Positions 13,465 through 25,652 of a stretch of 32,698 nt of DNA are shown here, one piece after another. A program made the position numbers and the translations under genes. The notes below the pieces were generated by a model, which was not told the origin of the DNA, searched no databases, and saw nothing but the letters and a program-made list of their open reading frames with translations. How positions within the stretch are numbered: position 1 is the stretch's first letter; each line of letters begins with the position of its first letter. Source of the stretch: Intoshia linei (Eukaryota; Animalia; Orthonectida); contig LWCA01000316.1 in the NCBI GenBank assembly GCA_001642005.1, positions 1 to 32,698 on the forward strand, read 5' to 3'.

Positions 13465-13640
13465 GTATCGCGTATTTTTCTATTTAAAATTTTAAATTAA
13501 ACATTAAGTTACAAAAATACCGATTAAATCAAAGTTAATATAATTTCTCAGGATGAATTTAATTATCACTCGAAATATAAATAAATTTTTATTCGTTGTA
13601 TAGAATCTAGGCAACTTTGTGTTGTTATCGTTGCAAGTTT
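13465..13640. promoter_or_regulatory. Putative bidirectional promoter between SF3B3 and the C8orf82 homologue
   Basis: Only 176 bp separate the divergent start codons (13464 minus, 13641 plus). Inferred from position; no specific motif is claimed. Confidence 0.55.
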
Positions 13641-14472
13641 ATGAACATTTTAAAATTTCCTGTAATTTTTAAAATTTGAAACTTTAATTGGTTTTAGAAG
13701 ATTAAACCTGGTTTGAGATTTTACTCCCAGGGACAACTCATTAATAATAGAATTAGGGAATATTTTTACTTTATCAATAATCGTGGAGAGGTTATTTTAA
13801 TTGTATGTCTAGCTTTTTTATTTCAACTTTATTTTATTTTTAGTTTTTAATTATTTTTGTTATTAAATTTTAGTTATTTTTGCAAGATTCAAAATACAAA
13901 ACAATTGCAACCCGGTATAATGGTGAATGATTTAAAATTTATTTATAAATTTAATTTTTAGATGAAAAATTTTTGTACAATTTTTTTCAAAATTTAAGAC
14001 TAAACACATCAAATAGGTACAAAGAATTTAAACATGTATATTTATGTGAAGGTGAAAGGAATTATTTAATTTGTCAAGATACTCCTATAGTTTATACAGA
14101 TTTGAGTAATTTTTGGGTACATTTGTTTTATATATTTTACATTTATAATCGTATTTAGTTGATGTACGAAAAGATGATTGTGATAAAGATAACGTTTCCA
14201 ACCAATATTTAAATCAATTGTATCAAACAAGTTCTGATAATTTGGCGCTGATTTACAATAATTGTTTAAGGCTGACGACAAATTTTGATCCGTCTAAAAT
14301 TAATGTTAAAACGGAAGGAAAGATTTATTATAGAAATAAATACAAATCCAATAGTATCGTTAAATCAGCTTTAGCTGATATTTTGGCTCAACGGTTTGTT
14401 TTTGATTGCAATGACAAGTTACCTACTCATATTGAATGGAATAATTACAAATATTCTTTGATACACACATGA
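13641..14472 (+). CDS. C8orf82: UPF0598 / C8orf82 homologue (DUF4505 family)
   Basis: Exons 13641-13661, 13698-13790, 13874-13922, 13962-14105, 14159-14472. They give YSQGQ..IREYFYFINNRGELFLQDSK..FLYNFFQNLRLN..CEGERNYLICQDTPIVYT..GKIYY..IVKSALA..LPTHIEW, matching the recalled human YTQGQ..REYFYYVDHQGQLFLDDSK..CGRERNFLRCEDRPVVFT..LVRSALA..LPSHVRW. Confidence 0.9.
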
Positions 14473-14592
14473 TTAAATGTTTTTAAATTTGTAACAAGGT
14501 AAAGTTCTGTTAAAATTAAAACGTTAATTTTGTTTCCATTGTTATTCTTATTTTTTGTTTCGTTTTATTAATCAAATTTAATTAATTTGAAC

Positions 14593-15293
14593 ATGTCTAT
14601 TTTGCTCAAAATATTTGATACCGCAGATCGGGTAACATTTTATTAAATTTATGACATTGCTAAAATTGCGAGAAATTTTAATTTTACGTTGAATCATGAA
14701 ATGGTATAGATTAATTTATTAATTATACGAATATAGCAAATTAACCGTCTCAGTGAAATGCCTTATTCCTTTTTTTATATTGATATAGTCATCGCACTGT
14801 CATTTTTATTGCATTTCAAAATAAGGAATTGTGGTTTTGGTAAAAAAATATAGAAATTAGAGTTGATTGAAAATGTATAAGTATTCTCATTTAGAATCAA
14901 TTTTTGGATTTGATTTATTGGCACAAACAATACTTGAGTTTAATTATAGCCGTAACGTGTTCGATTCTGAATCTAACTGGATTTGTGTCATTTTTACTGT
15001 AATTTTGATTAACATTTATTTTTATTATTAGTTATTTAATTGTAGTAATTTGGCTTTGCACTACAGCTACAAACATTTTCAATAATGAAAACGATGAAGT
15101 TGGAAGTCAAATTAGTTTGGATACAGCAGAAACGATTAAAGAAGCAATGTTTCCTTCCCTATCAATTTTTATCATTATTACTGCCATTATAAATAGTTCA
15201 AAATATGATAAGATTTATATTCCCACCGTTTGTTTTTTTGTTGTTTTATCTTTAATTTTAACATTTTATGTTTGTAAAAAGTTTAAAAATTAA
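14593..15293 (+). CDS. RAB5IF: RAB5IF / C20orf24 / OPTI (Rab5ip-EMC6 family) small membrane protein
   Basis: Exons 14593-14631, 14895-14998 and 15032-15293 (phases 0, 2) give MSILLKIFDTADR-NQFLDLIYWHKQYLSLIIAVTCSILNLTGFVSFLLY...ETIKEAMFPSLSIFIII..KYD. This compares with the recalled human DEFLDVIYWFRQIIAVVLGVIWGVLPLRGF...ELTKEGFMTSFALFMVI..HYD. Not in the ORF track. Confidence 0.8.
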
Positions 15294-15876
15294 ATTTTAT
15301 TTGGTTAACTTGTGGTCGCACCAATTGAACTAAGATGAAAATATCCATCTTAGAATTTCCAAAAAAAATGTGCAAATGTTCAATGCACATCTCCAATAGA
15401 GATGTGGGTGAAAATATTATAAATTGATTCGTTCGTGTTTTTTCATTTTCAAAACGTTTAAAATCACTTAAAAAAATTTAAAAATTATTGTTTTTCTTAT
15501 AAATTTTCATTGAAATTTATTTAAATTGTATTTTTAACTAACAAAAATTAAATTAAATTTTAGTAAATAATAATAAATAAAATATAAGTTTAAAGAACGA
15601 CAAAAGTTTATTGAAAACATGAATTTACACTAAATTACATGTACATTTTACATGATAAAAATAAAAATTTAATTTAGTTTATATGGTTATCGTCTGTAAT
15701 ACATTCAAGAATGTGCCATAAAACGGTTAAAATGTGATTGACTTTTTGACAATTGTGGCTCTAATTCCATCACATTCAAAAAGAATCGGGAAAGTATTCC
15801 ATTAAATTTTATATACTGATCATTCGAAAATATATTAACAATGCCATCCTATAAGTTATAGGGTGAGTTTGGGAGC

Positions 15877-16465
15877 TTAAAATTTATCTTAATATATGCC
15901 CGGAAAAAACTAATTGAAATGTGGACTTTATAAAATTCTAAGACTGGTAGTTATTGAAATAAACGATAACACAAACAAATATTGCATAGTATATTATAAT
16001 ATGCTATGATTATATAAGTACACACTGACACAAACAAATATTGCGTAGCATATGCAAATTATATAATAAGATAAATTTCAATTTCACATCTTACGGGTCA
16101 AAAACCCCAATTGTCTTTCTTTTTGAAAATCAAACAAGTTGGAGAATTAACAAAAAAAATATACGCTGATAAGGATTTTAAAATTATAAACATTAAAATA
16201 AATTTAAAAAAATTACATCTTCAAGGCCAAAACCCTTCAAATTTTAATGAAAACAGCTCTAAAATATAAAAAATTTACAGGTTTTACAGTTGTATCCTGT
16301 TAACACAGAAAATTTTAATCGGAATAAGTGACGACTTCATGGTCAAAAAAGTATTTTAGTATTCATATATTTTTTTTTAGAATTATTTTATTGAAACAAT
16401 AAATGTGAAATAATTAACGGTCTGAAAATTAAAAAAAAAGATTATTCTGATAGAGCTTATTCCAG
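15877..16465. mobile_element. Rearranged copy of the Helitron-like repeat family
   Basis: 15877-15998 is a direct match to 27362-27490. About 16085-16465 is the reverse complement of ~26993-27350 and ends ttattCCAG|T. Confidence 0.75.
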
Positions 16466-17603
16466 TTGTTATCAAATTGAATCATTATTCAAAATAGTGA
16501 ATAAATTTATACATACATGTACTCAGAATTAAATTAATTATTAATTTTTATATGTTATTAACGATTTATACACGGTATTAATAATGGTATACACGGAATT
16601 AGGTTTTACAATGGAATTAATTGCAATTGTATCTTAGTTACAAATTTTTTTATTCAATTATTAAATCATTAATTAAAAAAAAATACGTTATAAAAATCAC
16701 CCCAGTTTTTTATTTCTATGGTTCTCAAAATAAAATAGGATATTCCCAAATCGTCGTGAAAAAAGTTTGTTTTTGGGTTAATGTTCGGTAAACTTTTTCG
16801 AAATAGTGGTTATATGTTCTAAAATACTGTTTTAATAGATTCTTTATATTAATATTCACATTGAATATATATAATAAAAATATCTATAATGATTAAATAA
16901 TTTATTTATTACACCCCTTTTTTTCTTAAGAAAGTTAGTTAGATCGTCGTCACATAGTTGAAAAAAGGTGTTCTGTGTTTTTGATTCGACGAAAATTTGG
17001 GCATATGTAAACTTTTCCAATGCACAGTACAATTAGTTTCAATTATTAATCCGAAAAATTATAAAATTAAAAATAATTCAATTACAGCAAGAAAAAAAAA
17101 CATAAAAACGAAAACACTTTTGCATCAAATAATATCATAAAATATCAGTAATATTTCATTTTTCATTAATTAGTCAAACATGTGAGTACTAGCGTTACTA
17201 AAATGATTAAACCGAAATTAAAGCCATATTGTTCTTAGTTAGAATATATTTTCAGAGTGTTAATTAGTATAATATTATTGATTGTTAATTATAATTAACG
17301 AATTCAGCCCATTTCAAAAAGTTATACTTTGGGTTTTTAACCTTGAAGGACTTTATTTCTGAAGATGAAATTTGCGATAAAACTTTTCTTTCAAAACACT
17401 GTGTTGAAAATTAGTTTTTTTAAAACTATACACCTTTTATTTTCTTAAATAAAAGGGACCAAACAATTAGACAAATTTTTAGCTAAACTCGTATAATAGT
17501 TTTTAAAGTGCTGAGTTAGTTAATTATTATTGGTACAAATTATTTTTACATGTGTACAGTACAAATGGGCGGTAACATTTTTATAATTTTTAATAAATAA
17601 AAA

Positions 17604-19039
17604 TCAATTATTTCTTTTTTTATTCACTTTTAGTGAAATGACGTAACGTTGTGGTACAGGTAATGGAGGTGAAAATCCGTTTTTACATGTAATATCTTCA
17701 AATGATACAGTATAATCATCCATTGACTAAATGTTTACATTATATATTTATTTCAAATCAATATTACATGTTTTGGAGATTTAATAACTTTGGCTCTATA
17801 AAAACAGGTAGTTTGGGGGTACAATGCATTTACAATCTAAAAAAATAATTACAAGAGTCGAGTAATGCATACATCATTAATGGGAAATAGAGCTTCCGGG
17901 TGAGAATATGGATTGGCTCTCCATTTTGGTAGAGGTATAATTTTACATTTACCGACAACATAGACTCTAAAATGTGAAATTTATATAAAATGAGTTTGTA
18001 CTTGAGTAAAATTTAATTATACCCTTTTTTTTCTTCAGAATCAATATCTACAACAGTATATTTGTATAAGGTACCTTGAGCAGTAAAATTTATAATTGTT
18101 CCCAATATCCAATTGGTATTAGTGGTTTCTTCTGGTGTGGAAATTAAGGCTGCCACTTGAGTTCCATTACTAACAATATACTCCATAGTGGGTGGTATAG
18201 CGCCGCATAAAGGTGGTGGTCTAAATTATACAATGTAAATTGGCAATAAAAATGTAGTTAGTTATATCAAATTTATAATTTTTAAGAGCATGGAAAATGA
18301 AACACGAATATAAATAATCAATAATAAACGTACGCTTCGCCAAGATTTCCCATCCACATTGGTAAATTTTGTGCAGAGAGGTGGAGCATTTTCATTAAAT
18401 CAGTTCTTCGAACGATATTTTTCAATTTTTTATCAAATGTGTCTAACAATTATTAATTACGATAATCATGAAAAAACAAATAAATGTACCTCCATATTGA
18501 ATTTGTTTAATTTCATTAATAATTTCAAGTATTACTTTAATGACACTAAAATGAGAAAATTAGTTTTAAATACATATAAAATCAAAAGACATGCTACAGT
18601 ATAGTTATAATTTATAACTATAATAACCGATAAGTATAGGGTTATACATTATAGATTTTTGAATGAAATATGAAATTGATGTTCACAATATCCAGTGGAT
18701 TATCCACTGACTTTGTAATAATAATAGTTTTAATGAAGACGGTAAAACCCCATATTATGAAAAAACCAACTCTAGTTATTTAAAACCTTTACCTACGTTA
18801 ATTATATCGACTATATTTTATTTTAATTGACATTACTTAATTTCTTCGATTGTATCATTAAAAGTATTTTGGTATATGGTATATAATTTGGTTCGAGGTA
18901 ATGATGACACCAATGTTGGTTTAAACTAAATTCGTATTTATTTTTTATTTTCACATATAAAAAAGAAAATAAAGTAACGTACCCTATCTTGCACCTTGTT
19001 AATCACCATCAAATCAGCGTTGTGTTTTCTCCGTAATTC
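17604..19039 (-). CDS. SGF29: SAGA-associated factor 29 (double Tudor H3K4me reader); 5'-most exon unresolved
   Basis: Exons 19039-18983, 18925-18837, 18545-18490, 18442-18334, 18220-18023, 17966-17873, 17836-17768, 17726-17604. Motifs RTKLYTIY, LPMWMGNLGEAPPPLCGAIP, NWILG, IIPLPKWRANP..PEALF, ALYPQTTCFYRA, DDYTVSFED..GFSPPLPVPQRYV. Confidence 0.95.
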
Positions 19040-20262
19040 CTAAAAATAAATTTTATAATACGTATCGGTTTAACTTCAACTTTAAGTGACATGCGAGTAA
19101 TTCAGAATAGACAGATCAAACACAACGTTGGTCATTATTTTTTTCAAGTTACACATTTAAACGTAACATTGAGCCCTGGATTCTTAAAAAACGAGGAAAC
19201 ATTGCAGTTAAGTTTCATATCAACAAAAAATGGTTCCAAGAGAGCTGAACAAAACACAACCCTCCAGACCCTAACATTTTTATAAAACCATACGTTACAT
19301 CACTGGCCATTTTTTAATATATAAAGTAAAAAAGACGCATGCTAAATTTGTAAACACTTTAATTAGAGTAAATTTCAATTCGGCAAATGTAAACTTCTAT
19401 ATAGCAATTTACTTTTTATTATATTTTACTTTATTTGTGACAGATTAATACTGAATTCACTATTTTAAAAAATATATTACAATTCGAATAATTGCTGGTA
19501 AAATTTAGCCTAAATTAAGTTTAATTTTAAAATAAAAATGCAGCTTTTGTAACTTCATCAAATTTTAATTAGCTAATTAATATGCATAATATTGATGTCA
19601 TAACGCTTTTAATTTCATGCTAATTAAAAAATGAAAAATTAACTTTTGACAGCCCTAGTTATAGCTATAGCTCTTAATCATGGTGGAATCTCCAATCAAT
19701 CTCCGTGGAATTGAATTTGACTTACGATATTAAAAAATATTATATTTAAATCCTAAATTTAGAAAAATGACGTGCCATTGTACAAAAATGTAGTCGATGC
19801 CCAACATCATCTCCTGAAAAAATCTACATCACGGTAGGTTCGGCTCTGGGATACTAGAAGTATAGACTCTGGTAGATTTGAAAATTTTCAACAGAATCCA
19901 ATTTGAGAAACACTTCATCATAGAAAGTAAAATATTCCATTAGATTACATTAGGCACCGCTTAGAACATGAGTTCTTAACCGGGGGTGCCAGAAATATTT
20001 TTGAAGGAAAATCATTTTGCAGCTATGTTTTTTGAAATTGCATGAAGATTCGAAAATAAAGTTAATTCTAACCCTTAGAATGACTAGAGAAAACTAATAT
20101 ATTAACAAAATAGCAACCAATACATTCTGCTTAAAAATGTATGAAATTTAACCCGCTCATAGTCCCGATAAAGTTAGTTATATTGCACAATTCTCCACTT
20201 AAGTTTTTTATAAAATATCGATGAATCCAGTTGTCAATAACATAAACAAAGAATATAAATAC

Positions 20263-20409
20263 CTCAAATGCTAATAAACTTGTTGATAGAGCATTATATT
20301 TAACATCTTTTTTTGAAAATACAGTTGAATTTCTGGAATCTATGCGACGTATTTTTGATGGACGTTCACTTTTAGATACATTACTGCGAATTCGCTTCAT
20401 ATTTTTCAT
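20263..20409 (-). CDS. Possible first exon of an unidentified gene (basic, NLS-like N-terminus)
   Basis: The ATG is in an A-rich context, MKNMKRIRSNVSKSERPSKIRRID... is followed by a good donor (GAG|gtattt), but no convincing downstream exon or homology is recognisable. Confidence 0.25.
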
Positions 20410-20636
20410 TAAAAATTATTTGCGTCAATGACAATTGTTTCACTTGACTACTGACAATAAAAATTAAAATGATGTATTTATAGATGACAATAAACTAAAA
20501 TTTTTATTCATTTTATAATAAAATTTATTTTAAAAGTTCTGTAACTATGACACTTATAGTTTCTCGTTTTTATATATTGTAAATTGTATCAATTAAATTT
20601 AATAATATCTCCAATACCAGTTTATTCTACTAGTTA

Positions 20637-20808
20637 CAGGGATATCTTGATGTAGTCATGTTCGATTACTTCAATTTTAGTTTATTTGAAGTTAAATGTA
20701 TTGCCAAAATTACATATCTATGATTGCAACAAATATTTTTGACTTAAAATTTTTTCTAAATAAACTAAAATTTAAGTCATCGAACGTGACTATATCGAGA
20801 TATCACTG
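20637..20808. mobile_element. Tc1/mariner (pogo/Tigger-like) MITE, TA target duplication
   Basis: TA|cagggatatcttgatgtagtcatgttcgattacttcaattttagtttattt ... aaataaactaaaatttaagtcatcgaacgtgactatatcgagatatcactg|TA: ~50-bp imperfect TIRs flanked by TA. Confidence 0.85.
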
Positions 20809-21203
20809 TATTTGAAAACTAAATATTAATATTTTAAATTTATATAGAATTTTGATTTGATTTAAGTTTTTTTATTAATTTCTTTTATCCAACCGTCCTT
20901 TTTAAAAAAATTTATATAGATTCTACTTCTGGATTTTCACGCACTTGATTGTATCTGTATCTACTTTTAAACCGAAAAATTTTGGTAATAAGTATATTCT
21001 TCGAGTAAATATGATAATTATCATAGAAATTAATTATAATTGATGTTATTTGAAATTTATCATGTGTAAATTTTCAAAAACGGGGACCGTATAATCTTAT
21101 AATGTAAAAGTGTCCCTCGAGATGCAGAAGGTTGCCAACCCGGCTCTATATGAATTATAATGAAAACTTTGAAATTGAATATACATTTAATTTACTACAT
21201 AAA

Positions 21204-21434
21204 TTATGCAAATCTGATTGCATTTTTTTTTGTTTTTGTATATTCGATTAGTTTATCGAGAGAACTGAACATATCTTGTCTTTTGTCTTCAGATTTGGAT
21301 AATTCAGCATGGTCGGTATTCAAAAGTTCAGAATCGATGTCACCAAAGTTCATAGACCGTTCTTCCCAACTAAGCATACAAAGTATATAAGTTACATCAG
21401 GGATGTGATGCAGGGGTCTATTATAAACTGTCAT
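21204..21434 (-). other. Unassigned 76-aa ORF just downstream of the NHA gene; possibly a decayed APE/EEP endonuclease relic
   Basis: Less AT-biased ORF. VYNRP...FGDIDSELL loosely resembles the VYRPP...GDFNIDLL motifs of retroelement/Helentron endonucleases. Weak. Confidence 0.25.
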
Positions 21435-21484
21435 TGTGTGAATTAAATGGAAAGATATATTTAAAAAAAAACATTTGTTATAAA

Positions 21485-24400
21485 TTATATTTTATTTTCA
21501 AGTGAAACGTCTAAACTTTCAGATTCAGGTTTGGTTAGCAATTTTTTGGCGGTTAAGGCTATCAAAATTGAACCCACTGGCGCTGTTATTAATATAGCCA
21601 AAATGGATGATGTTAATATCTAAAAACATTGTAAATTATTAGTTTAATACTTACACATTATTATTACTATTTATTATACCATTAATTTTAATAAAATTGC
21701 AACGTAAACCAGGCATTTATCAGATCAATAATAAGTCTATATTATCTATCTTCCCTGTGAAGAATTTATATTTTATATCTTTTGGTTGATGTTTCATAGA
21801 ATCATGAATATTGACTGATTTTTTGTCCCATTTTCAATTTGAAATTTAACTTGGCTCAGTCATAAATTTTAATAAAATAATTAAACAAAACCGCTCCTCC
21901 TATTATAGAACAATTGAGGTTTTCCAATAAGTTTTTACACTTGTAAGTAATTTAATTTAATACCAAAGAATTTACTTTTACATGATTAGTAGTATATTAG
22001 TATTTCTGAGCCTTTATGTTTTAAAAACGACTTTGTTACTGAAAATGTCTATAATATGTAATAAATGTATATAATTTTCATGGACCCCAAAAAAGTGCTG
22101 TGGACCCGTTGAGAATGGCTGACGTACACTGTACCTGCAAAAAATAAAAAATATAGATATAATAAGGGCAACCATAGGTTTCCCATGTATGTAATATCTC
22201 TAAATAAATATATTTTACTATTTGTCCAAATTGTATAAAAATGTCGTTTTCTGCTAATTTTGCTTTATCGAGCGCTATTGATCCAATTGCAGCTTGTACT
22301 GTGGCTTTAGGTATCCACGACAACGTAACAAATGCAATTTCCTTCTTTTTTAGATTCGAGTATAGTAAAGATAGAGTTGTTGCAATCATTCGAAAAAATA
22401 AACCGAGGAATAAAGTTAAAATAATCCATTCTACATGACAATGTTAAAAACTATTAGGTAAAAAATAATGTAAGTCGGGGGGGTTTGTAACCAAAATAAA
22501 AATATTAAAATCCTTGCGTAGCAAATTATACTAGTTTATTATCTATATATGCAATTCTTACATATCAAAATATGTCAAAAAGAATATCCCTGTAATTGTA
22601 TTGACTGAATATTAATGATTAAATCTTACCTATATCATTGTAATTAATCTTTTCAATGTCAACTTCAATGGAAATTGTTACAAATAATAACGTTTCAAAG
22701 AAAATCCAAATAATTTCGAAGAATTTTGTAAACTCTGCCTATTGTAAATTTTAAACATAAATCTAGTCTTTTTAAATTGCGCTAAAACGATTTTTAGATT
22801 GACAGGTAATATTTATGATAATCACCATGATAATTATCTCATTTTAATTTTATATTGAAATAATTTTGGCGCCATTATTGTCACAAATAATATGTCATGT
22901 ATTGTCATGAACCATGATTAGGATTATTTTATAATGACTAATAAATTGTATTTTTAATAATACTTTGTTGCTAGATTTGTAACAGATATTTATATTTTCA
23001 ATTGCAAATATAATAATAATATAATCTATATACTATTAGTAAATTCTAATTCAAAAAGTTTTTTACATTTCAATCTCTACTGAAAGATTCACATTTGGTA
23101 TGACATGACAAAAATGGCAATACAATCAAAGATATAAAATCATAACCTCATCGTTTGAATTCAAGTTTTTAATCCATCGATTATAAACAATAAGAGAAAA
23201 TGACAAAACTCCTAATGTGCCAGCTCCAGTAAATTCCGTAATTAGTGATAAAAGCATTATTGCGGTACCAGTTAGTAGCAATAATGTAATTTTTATTTTA
23301 TTTACATGATTTGACTTGGTTGAACTCTACTTAAAAATTGTACATATTGTATACAGAAATATAGTTTATAATTACAATAAGAGGCAACTTTGATATCAAA
23401 AATCCAAAAATTAATCCAACAATGATACCAATGATGGCTTCGAGTGGTCCTCTAATCCAAGCAAATATACTATTATCTAATATTAATTTTTAACATCAAT
23501 ATACAGTACTTGGAGTAAATTATTTTTTATTAGCGTTACCTTTTCGAAAAGTAAGCGTTATCACGACGCTGAATATTGTTATCGCAAGTACATCGTCAAT
23601 ACTGCACGCTGCAATAATTAATGTAGGTATACCCCTATTTGTTCCATATTTTTTATTTTTCAGGTTTAATATTGACGGTACTATCACCGCTGGTGAGACA
23701 GCTGCCAAAACTGATCTAAAAGTAACAATAATTTTAAAAAATTAAAAAATACAGTGGACGATTTCAAACGAGAACACTTTACTTTCGCTTTGATTAAAGA
23801 GGTTCTATTGTACTATAAATAAAAATACCCCAATATTAAACCCCACAACCATGTGAGATTTAAAAGATAATGAGAAAAAAGCATGACAGTGATTGTTTCA
23901 ACTATACAAGGAATAAATGCCAGTCTGAATACAAGTAATGACATTTTTTTGAGAGTTTTTGTCTTGAGTCCTATTCCTGCTTTCATTAGTATTACACATA
24001 ACGAAATATTTCTATATATCAAATTAATTCTAATTTAACAAAAAAATAATATAATTGGTCTATTCGTCGGTAACTTTCCAATGCATTGGTAAGTATTACA
24101 CGATAAATGCGCTCAAATAAACAAAATCTTTCCATCAGAAACTCTATCTAATTCAGTGATTCCCAAAGTGGTCCACAGGAAATTTTAGGTCGTCTACAAG
24201 AACAATTTTTAATAAAATCAAGATAACCTTTTTTTAAACAATAATATTAAATTAGAATATTATTTATTATTACTAGTGAGCGTAAATATCATTTTATAAA
24301 AATAAAGTGAAAATTTACTGAATAACGTGAATAATTTTCACGTGCGTTAAATTTAATCTATTAATTAACGATTATGTTTGATAGTCGTTCCCAGAACCGA

Positions 24401-25652
24401 ACATAGCAAGCTCGTGGCCACTCCTAAAATGAAAATAGCCCCTTAAAAAAATCCCTATCTACCTCTTAAGACTCTTAAGTTGACATTTTAAATTTAACAC
24501 GCAAATTAATTGATATTCAAAAAAAATTTTATTCTCAATTTAGTAAATTAAAATGTCAATTTATGAGTAGTTTTTGGCATCTATATGCAATTGTCTCGTA
24601 AGGCTTAAAGTTCCATCTTAAATTTAATTACTATGACTAATAATAAACATAATGACTATATTAACTTTAAATATGACCATATTAAATGCAAACATGACTA
24701 TATAAATAGAGAACATCTATATAATAAAAGTTTATATACCTACAAATTGATTTGAAATATTCATTGATATCGCTACCAAATTTATAAGAATTTTTGATTG
24801 GAATGTTACGTAAAATTAAAGCGGCAATCATTACACCTAATTTAAATAAATATTATGGTGATATACAATCTAAATGTTAATAATAATATGCTGTCATGCA
24901 GACTGCTATTTTCAACTTAAAATTTGATATCACATAGAAAGAGATGATTTTATTAAAAAAATGAATTTCAAGTAAAATATAGTAAAAACTTAATTCTTGA
25001 TTAATTATTATTGATACGCTGCGGTATGGCCCGTATCGGACAGCTAAAAAAACATGGCCCTCTTTCCACGGTCACAAAAATTTTACCTGCATCAATGTTT
25101 AAAAAAAAGTTTCATAGACTAATTTATTGTACATTCAATGTATCATGATTCACAAATGTAGTTGATTAAAATTGATTTATTGTCATTAACGCTGTACAAA
25201 TGAATTATTTAATTGTTTTTAGATATTTGTAATATAGATAGCACCTCTTTCCCTTTATATATTATTATCCCCGTTCAATTAAAAAATAAGTAACAATAAA
25301 ATTAAAATATAGTAAGGGTTAACATCCCATTAAATTATATTTTATATAATATCAAATTCAGCCGTGTCCTCATTGATTAAGTTTAACTGTATATATTTTA
25401 AAAAGTACCAAATAAGGCAGGTAAATTGATTTTTTGAGCAATTTTTCCGACTATAAAACTGACAATATATATCACGAATAAATCAAATATGGGATTTCTT
25501 GTATAAATTTGATAATGAAACAACGAACAACATGAAATGTATAAAAATATTGTACATAGAAAAATTTCTACAATGTAATTTTGTTTTATACGACGAAAAA
25601 CACTTTTTTTGATCTGATGCAATCGCAATAGCCAGTTTTCGTCTAATGACAT
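21485..25652 (-). CDS. SLC9B2: SLC9B/NHA-type sodium/hydrogen antiporter (CPA2)
   Basis: Exons 25652-25409, 24836-24740, 24011-23829, 23715-23540, 23476-23376, 23326-23147, 22738-22630, 22430-22219, 21619-21485 are phase-consistent. Motifs LPALFGVMIAALILRNIP, ILMKAGIGL, RLAFIPCIVE, LAAVSPAVIVP, GIPTLIIAACSIDDVLAI (catalytic DD), WIPKATVQAAIG, AILITAPVG. The NHA1/NHA2 paralogue assignment is not resolvable and the start codon is tentative. Confidence 0.93.

Noticed and set aside
14737-14839. Possible cassette exon in RAB5IF intron 1
   Set aside because: It is 103 bp long and would break the frame between two phase-0 junctions; no homology.
19255-19276. CCCTAAC motif suggesting a telomerase RNA template, and RNase P-like words nearby
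   Set aside because: There is less than 1.5 telomeric repeats, and the RNase P CR-I-like and CR-V-like words lie on opposite strands.
23752-23810. 59-bp TA-flanked CAGTGG...CTATTG mini element in an NHA intron
   Set aside because: The TIR match is too poor to call confidently.
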